From positions 10,230,001 to 10,294,000 of the forward strand of contig OZ059900.1 in the NCBI GenBank assembly GCA_964057225.1: DNA of 64,000 nt. The letters run 5' to 3'. The notes under the pieces were generated by a model. That model had not been told where the DNA came from. It did no database searches and was given only the letters and a program-made list of their open reading frames with translations. The stretch's first letter is position 1. Each line of letters opens with the position of its first letter. Below, piece after piece: positions 52,301 to 64,000 of the stretch. Both the position numbers and the translations under genes were made by a program. Origin of the DNA: Auanema rhodensis (Eukaryota; Animalia; Nematoda).

Positions 52301-54287
52301 TAAAGTCAAACACAGTGCATTTAGTCTCAAATTTTTTGTCTCATCTCTCTCTCTCTCTTTTTCAGAAAGAGTCATTGGTCGTCGTGCTTTAGGTTAGAGC
52401 ACTATTCTCTTCATCTTCTGCTCGTTAATTTTCTTTTTTTGGGGCTGGTTCTTAGTTTTAGAATGTACAAGGGTACGCTGGTATTTTGAAGCTAAAATCT
52501 GGATGTATTGGCGTAATTGTGCTTCAATAGCACAGAAGACAAATTCTGCAACTGACACGTAAACCAACGAGCTCAACAGCCAACTACAAAAAATGTTTGA
52601 CTATATCACATAATTAAAGAAAAAAAAATATATAAATTCCTATATTAAACATAAAATATCGATGTGTATATGATGAAATAGCTGGATAAGGGTATATGAT
52701 TACACTAAATTTCATGGATAATATTAAGTCGCAGGATGATATATTAGCAAAGAAAATAATACTTTTGAAGTGCAAATGATAAATGTGCCGAGAATGAACT
52801 TCCTGAGTTTAAAACGTTCATATTTTTGACTTTATCCGTATCGCAAAGTTATCAATGCAATAAACTCAAAAAATGGGCACTAGAATTGAAAAAAATGAGC
52901 GAAAATGAGGAGAAAAACAAACCTATCCACCTCTTTTTTTGCTCTCTTCAGCTCTCTTTCGTTTTCTTTTTTTTTCGCGTTTTCTCTCCCCTTTTTCCCT
53001 TTTATCTCTCTTTTCTCCTTCTCTCTTCCTATTATTTTCTACTATTTTATTTTTCTTAGATAATACTGATTTAGCAACTTGACTACATATTATTACTTTA
53101 TTTCATCTACCGGAAAATATTGCAAAGGGTAGGAAAAATCAATGGAACACGTAGAAAGCTGTTAATGGGTGAAGAATTGTCATCCTATTAGCTATTGTTG
53201 CTTATCCAAGCATATACTTTTTTTGGAGAAGGAGGTCGAGGGAAAAGGAGACAACGAAGAAGCAACAATTCGTCGGCTTACTTGCTATAGAAAAGTTTTG
53301 GCTATGTTCCTCAGTTGAATAAAATTATAAAATTAATATTTCATTCGAGCGTTATTCGAATCGCAGGCAACGTAGAGCAAAAGAAAAAGATGAACACAAT
53401 CAACACTGGCACAAATTTTCAGAGTAATGAATCCTGAACGCGTGGCATCAAATTAAAGAAAAAAAAAAGGAAAAAAAAGGTTTTTCTTCTTCTCCTTTGA
53501 ATAAAAGAGTTGCCAATTTTAAAACTGAGCGCCAAAAAAATTGCAAACTACATATTACGTAAGACATTGGTTTTCAAAACATTTATTTATTAATATACAG
53601 TTTATTATAATAAAAAAATAAATGAATCTGAAGGAAAATAGTAAAAAAAACAGCAACATTTCTGAATTTTCATAATATATGAAAATGATTTAGGATTTAT
53701 GTTAATTTATACATATAGAAGTGTGAAAGCTGTGAATATTAAAAGAATATAAGACTATCTAAAACATCTGGTCATTTAGTAGACAGATGACTGATTTATA
53801 ATATTATATAATTGAAAAACACAATGCTCACTAACTATATATAGATTAACTATATATATATATAATTTGTTTTATAATGAGTACATATTATATATTATAT
53901 AATATATATAATATATATATATATATATGTAAATGTATAGATAATGTACATGTAGATGACAACTTGGCTGTCTTGTGTGGGAGATGTGTGTGGGAGTTTT
54001 CTCTATACATGTTTCATAGCTCGGTGATTCAAGTGAAATGTAGGATGCGAATAGAAGCAAGGCACATGAAGTTGCTTTTTACGTATTTCATATATCTATC
54101 TATCTGTCTATCTACTGAGCCAACTATCTAAATGAGATGAAAAGAACAAAAAAAAATGTGTTGAATGAAATTAATATACTATAGCATCTATATATGGATA
54201 TATAAGTAGATGTAATGTTGGAAATGTTATTACATTTTGTTAATTATATGTAATAATTAATAATATATGTTATATATATAACAGATA

Positions 54288-54311
54288 TTATATATATATA
54301 TATATATATAT
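54288..54311. repeat. (TA)n microsatellite
   Basis: Uninterrupted TA run; a similar imperfect run lies at ~53885-53928. Confidence 0.85.
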
Positions 54312-55171
54312 GATATAGTATATAGATCATAATATTTCGCTTTTAACTAGAATTCATATACCTTGCCAAGACAATACCTACACACACGCGCAGACATGTA
54401 TGAATATTCCGAAATACAGACACACACACACACACACAAGCATAACCGTAAGCTGATATACAAAGTGAAGAGCAACGCATGTGATGGATATACCCACCTC
54501 TCAAGAAAAAAGAAAGAGAGAGCGAGAGAGAGAGAAAAAAACCATTTAAAAGGGAATGAGATGAAAAACGAAGCATTCAATTGATATATCTGTATAAAAA
54601 AAAGTATATAAAAATATATCGCGATGAAAAAATGAATAATAATAATAATACAAAATATTTACAAGCTGACTGTCGCTTGAGATATCTAAACAATTGACTA
54701 AAATGATACAAAACCGCTTGTTGTTAATGTAGTTTGACAACATATACACAGAAATAATTAACATGTTAATTATATAATAATATAATTGAAAATTCATGAT
54801 CGTGAAAGAGAAGGAGAGTATACAGAGAGAGCCAGGTGATCAGATTGGCACATATTTGAAGAGATATAACATTATTTGGTAATTTACATAACATTTTGAG
54901 GATAGATTCGGATTAATTTCGAAGAAAGTATCATATTTCGTGATAAGATAGTTAAGAAATCATTGGTTTCATTTGAACGTTTCTACTAATTTCTTTGATT
55001 TTAAGGACATGAGATAAATATTAGACATGTGATAGCAATTCAATTGAATTTTATATAATTAGATAGAACTAATTTAGTTGAGCTTGCATCTCCGTTTCAT
55101 CAAGATTATCATTCTGCATTTACTATTCTAATTAGTGTAAGAGGTGGATGAATTGCGTCGTGGTAGAAGAG

Positions 55172-58551
<3,380 letters not shown>

Positions 58552-58882
58552 CTGCAAAATAATGATATAAACTCACAAAGAACAACGTTTCAACGAGAAC
58601 ACAATCGAATACAATAAAAATTTTAACAAAAAACGGCCGAATAATACAATTAGAACAACAAAATGAAACACAAGACAAGCAGGGATTGCTTGGAGAATTG
58701 AAATGACGTTCGAAATGGTAGCTATGATGCCAATGAATTAAGTCAAATACCATTCTTTTTCTTAGCTTTTCTAAACAAATGCTCACTACTGTTTGCAGAA
58801 AAGACTAATTTACGTGGTAAAATGTAGTTTAGTAAATGTTAAAGAGAAAGAACTGAGCCTTAGCTAGCCACCATCCTACGCA

Positions 58883-58883
<1 letters not shown>

Positions 58884-58920
<37 letters not shown>

Positions 58921-58921
58921 T
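58884..58921. repeat. (CT)n microsatellite upstream of the sma-5 kinase exon
   Basis: TTCTCTCTCTCT... run with one interruption. Confidence 0.85.
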
Positions 58922-61304
58922 TTCCAAGAGCTTCACCATTGAACTTTCGATCAAAACGAACTGAGAGATTATTGAAAACTCTGTGAGTGATAAGAATAAG
59001 AAAGTGACGAGAAAAAGGCGTGAGAGAAAAAATTCATATCATCGAAATGGCAAAGATTAATTTCAACAATGAAATATTATTATCAAACTTGATTGTTATA
59101 TAGGCTTTGTTTTTTTGAATAATTAGTCATAATTTATGAATATAAGTATGAAATAACATATAATTATACAAATAATTAGATAAGAACTATGACTGAAATC
59201 TTGACTATGTAATAGTAGATAGTATAATATATATATGTAGATAAAGTATTTGTATTTCGTAAAGTTTGAATCATGAATTCATGTTATTATGAAATATTTA
59301 AGCTTGAAGTCAGCAATGGCCGGTGAAACAGTATGTGAATGATGTGAGACTGACATGATTTTCAATCGCACATGAACTGTTCATTTAGTCCAGTTGTTAA
59401 CACATTGTAGCTGAGGGATTAACATCACGAACAACTGTGTGAGTGGCCCGCAAGAGGTAACGAGAGGTTGATGCTATGCATGATAGATAGATAGAGAAAG
59501 AGAGAGAGAAAACGAAACTATGAACGAAAAGGACAGATCAAGAGGCTCAATGAGGCAAAAGCGAATTGGGAAATATGCGTAAGCATGAATAAGAGGAGAG
59601 AAAAAAAAGAAACAAGCTATAGAAAGGCTATTGACATATCTAGATTGACTAAAAAATCTAATATTAAACATGAAAATTTGTATCAAAAGATTTGAATGAA
59701 TGCGCAATCAGGAAATATCTGATAGTTCAAAAAATTCAAATATTATAAGTTCATATCAGTTCATATGAAGACAGTCGTGTCAGGGAAACTCGTAAAATAC
59801 TTAACTTCCAGACCATGGCTTTTGATTTTGAAATACATCATTTTCCATTTTCGCCCTTTTCTTTTCTGGATATTTATTCCAGAATTGAACTTTTCAATTT
59901 GATTTTCGAACTAGCCATCTTAAGAGAATGAGATCATGTTGTACGCATTTTATAAACGTTAGCCAAAAAGGAAATTTCGGAGAGGAAAAGAGGAAATAAC
60001 TATGATTGTCTACTTGACCTCGCTCGGAACACGCCGATTAATGGCCTGGCATCACAATTAATAGCTCACATTCACCTATCTATTTAAATGGAGAAACTTA
60101 GATACGGAAAGAAAATGATAGACAATTCACCTTGACGACGGAAACCAAATAAGATGATAGTGATTCTACTTGGTTGCATACGAGTGTTTATGAAAAGAGT
60201 GGGAGAAGAGGGGGTGCAATCACGTGTAGGTGTCTACCCAAGTGAATGACCATAGTTTCATCGCAAATTAAGAATATTAGAAGAAGATGACGAAGGTTTC
60301 TATAGAGATATTCACCTTATAATCAGCATTCCTGTCTATTACTGCATTAGTCTTCTCAACTTTTTTCTTGTTATCTCTCTTTTTCTCTTTTTTTTTCTTT
60401 TCTCTCAGTTGCATACACGTACCCACAGTCGCTTTTTTTTTCGTAGAACAGCTCTTCCGGTTCACTGTCTTATTGAACAGAAAATGAATAAACACGAGAC
60501 TTTTCCTGAATAATTTATCAAAAGTAATTGAAAAAACTATAAATCAACACCTTTCCATATCCATTAACACTTCAAATTCTACTAAAAGAATTATGTCTTT
60601 ATTTTCGTTTCTCTTTATCTCATGTTTCTCCCTTCCTCTTTCTCCTTACCCCCGCCTGCCCCTAGTCTGCGTTTTCCCCCATTTTTTCTTTCTCGCTATT
60701 AAAATATAAATTTTAATTATCAATAAAAGACAGATGGTTATAGATAGATAAGACATTTTGACATTAATAATTCCCAAAAAAGTGATAAATTTTCCAAAAA
60801 AAAACAACACACGTATATTCAGAGATGAAAAGAAAGTGAAATCCTACCAGAAAATAAGAGTAAAAAATAAAATTAACAACAAAATTATTAAAATTATAAT
60901 CGATTAACAGAAAAAAACAAGCACCAAATACAACAGAAAATGTTAAACGCATTCATGATATTGAAGACGTCGCCAAAAAAAAGTTGGAGTGAATAGACGG
61001 AGAAAACAATAGAAACAATATGCGTATGTGATGTCAACATGGAAAGGCAAAGAGAATGCATATAATAGAAAAAAAAGAAAAGCATTAAAGGAAATGAGGT
61101 AAGAATAAAGAAAAACGAAAACGAAAAAATTGTTCAAAAAAGCGGCCAATTTTCGAAGAATGTAAAGAGAATGCTTGACGAGTGCGAGTATTTGAATAAA
61201 AAAAAAGTGAAACTGAATGAGGAGCTAGACTAGTATGCATAGGCATAACCAGCGGCAGCAATAGGCATGATGATGATGAAGAGAAACTGGACACATACAC
61301 ACAC

Positions 61305-61394
61305 CGACAATTTTTGAGGAACTGTTGTTGTCTTCCTTGATGAGAAATGGTTAAGCAGCAGTTTTACCGTAAAGTTTCCGTTTTGTTTTGTCAT
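61305..61394 (-). CDS. sma-5: Candidate upstream first coding exon of sma-5
   Basis: ATG...MTKQNGNFTVKLLLNHFSSRKTTTVPQKLS ends at a phase-0 GTGTGT donor. This is compatible with the phase-0 TTTTGCAG|ATG acceptor at 58551. Confidence 0.45.
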
Positions 61395-64000
61395 GTTCTC
61401 TTCAATATTTGTAAACGCAATGAAAAGAGTATGGAAAACGAGGCTAATCGTTAAGCAAGTTGGATAAATAGGGAGAAATTTCGCAAAACCAGCCAATGTG
61501 GTACTTAACTAATATTTTTCTTCTTCTCTGGATTAGTATTCAAGTATATTTTTAAATATTTTCATGTAATTTTCAAGTAATGGAAAGTACAGAACGATAT
61601 GATTCATGAAGAAACAAAATTCAGACAAAAAATAAGTAGATAAGAAAAGAAATAGATAAGAGAAGATCTGTCAAGTTGTTTCAGCGAGAAAAGAACGATC
61701 TTCCCGTTTTTGTTCTGCTTTTCTCGTTGTCTGTATGAGAAAAAATATATAGATTATCTGAAATATGATGATGAGAAATAGGAAGAGGAAATGACTAATA
61801 GATAAGGTAAACTGAAGAGAGGCAGACTTGAAGGAAGCAAGATATCTATCTGCCCAAATTGATTCATGAGAGGGTGTGTCCTTGTGATCACACACATAGT
61901 CATCACATCTCTATGACTATGTGGCTATATGGCTGCGATAGAGGCTGTATTCGTTGAACGCATATTGCATTGAATTATATGATTGCGTTGAAGAAAAGGA
62001 TAGAAAAGTAGAGAATACAAGAGAGATAGAGATAGAGAGAGAGAAAGAGAGAGAGAAAGAAAGGATATATTCAAGTATAACACAGAAAGTTGATGCTGAT
62101 AGTTGGAGAGCTCACATTAATTTTCCATCGTTTTGCCGCTCATTTTTTTTATTCAAAACGTACTAGAATTTGAAAACATCAGGTTGATGATGCAAATTTT
62201 ATTTTTTGGAAGATCGTATTTGATCTGCTATGTTTGGAAATGGCACGATTATCTATTCATCAATCTTAAAAGTAGCGAAAGTACTGAAAAGAAGATATGG
62301 TAGAGAAAAACGATTGTCAGCTTGAAATCAAACAGCTGTGTGAATTATTTGGATGCAAAAAATACTTATAGGATGTCGTATGTGATTCTGGTCGAATGAA
62401 AAAGGACAGTTGAACAGCTAAGCAGATTAGAAAAAAACTGTTTCGATGACATTATGTCTATTGCTAGCGGCAATATTCCGATGCCCTTCTGTATAAGCTA
62501 TTGAAGTCAAAGAGGATGTGAGAGGTTGGTGATGAGAAAAGAAATGAGAGAGAACGAGAGAGATAGATCGAAGGAAAGGTAGTTATGTTATCAGAATAAA
62601 GGACATTATCAACCAAAAAAAGTCATTTAATGATCATTTTTCATGAAAAGAATAAAAAACAACAAAAAAACTGCTGAAAGAACCGGAAAAATGCAAACGA
62701 TTCCTGATGCTCCAGCTATAGGAAATAGCATTACAGACAAGTTGTCTATGTATGTATGTGTGTATGTGTTGCTATTGCTTTTGGCTTTGTTAAGCTTATA
62801 GACAATACAGTTTTGTGAGAGCGAAAGAAAGTAAAAGAGAGAAAGATAAAGAAAAGAGAAGGAAGATGATGTGAAGGATGCTTAAAGAAGAGACAAAAAA
62901 CGTGTTTCAATGCGTTAGAAGGGGGGCAACGTGTGGCTTAAATAATGTAGCTTCAACATCAATTCATGAAACAAAGTATAGATATATCTTTAGTTTTTTA
63001 TAGATTTTCGTTGAGGCAAGCATTTTACAGTAACAGAATGTCTGTTCTACAGGTGTAATACAACCTGATGAACAAATGAAAAAGTTTCATCGAAAGCTTT
63101 GAAAACAAGAATCAAGACAGAACATTCGAAAATAAAAATACAAAACAGCTTATGAACGTTAGGTTAAAATATAAAAAAACGAATGACTTTTATCACTTAA
63201 ATAAACAAGAAACATTCACAATCAGCTTCATAATATGTAATTTATTTCTAGAAAATCTTTTAGATTAACTAATTTATGAAACAATAAAGCTTTGTAAAAA
63301 CAAACAAATAAATCTATTTGAAAAAGAAATTTATAGAAGACGTATGATAACTAGGACACAGATGAGACAACAGAAGATGCAATTAGTTGTCATGTGCATT
63401 ATATAAACATCACTGAATCACATCTCACGCGTTTTGTGATAAATAATCAGAAACACGGAAAAAAAAATGATAATTTGATTAAGATAATATGGAATAAAAA
63501 TAGAAAATGAACAGTTTTTTCTATTTATAATATTGTGTGACGCATTACTTTTCAATAGGTGTTAGAATGGAATCAGTATGATCATGTACTAACATGGTTA
63601 ATGGTCAGTTCGCTTACTTTTTTCTTTCATCTTTCACCGCAATTTCATTCTCTTCAAACATTTGCACACACGCACTGCAGGCGGACATACATGTCCTATT
63701 CTTCTGTCTTGCTCTACCTCAACCGTCTCTATTATTCTTGTAAACGTCTCTAACATCTCCGAACTTTATAAAAACACTAACATCGTTTTCCTCTTCTTCT
63801 ACTTAATCGTTTAGTTTTCAAAATTCACACAATGAAAAACAAACATATGTGTAAACTATTACGGAAAAACGTAAGAAGATTCCAAATATGAGAACAAAAA
63901 CAGAACTTTTTGGATTTTTCATTGAGTAATAGTGTTTTCTCAAGTATTATTACAATATTCGTCACCAGTATACTTCAATGTAATCTGCTTCAGTTCGAAA

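Noticed and set aside
46460-54797. ORF cluster between glt-4 and sma-5
   Set aside because: Low-complexity microsatellite-derived frames.

Overview
AT-rich eukaryotic DNA from a rhabditid (Caenorhabditis-like) nematode, judged by TTTCAG acceptors, ~50-nt introns and close similarity to C. elegans proteins as I recall them. Most ORFs in the supplied track are spurious or single exons. Hand-spliced genes: 3' end of a RhoGAP-domain gene (1-520, +), an RNF141-like RING E3 (-), secreted Cys-type glutathione peroxidase gpx-5 (+), ZIP13-type zinc transporter zipt-13 (-) with an internally deleted Tc1 in its last intron, a FMRFamide-receptor-like GPCR (+), glutamate transporter glt-4 (-) and the ERK5-like MAPK sma-5 (-). 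23-38.7 kb and 46.4-55 kb are long non-coding stretches. The most unusual part is 1.8-9.0 kb: pseudogene fragments and a BEL/Pao Gag-like zinc-knuckle frame beside a ~5.3-kb nested inverted repeat (3691-8988). That repeat holds six Pol III-type units: a tRNA-Thr pseudogene, four degenerate tRNA-like modules and a solitary 5S rRNA gene, all pointing towards the centre. All homology calls come from memory of the families, not from searches.
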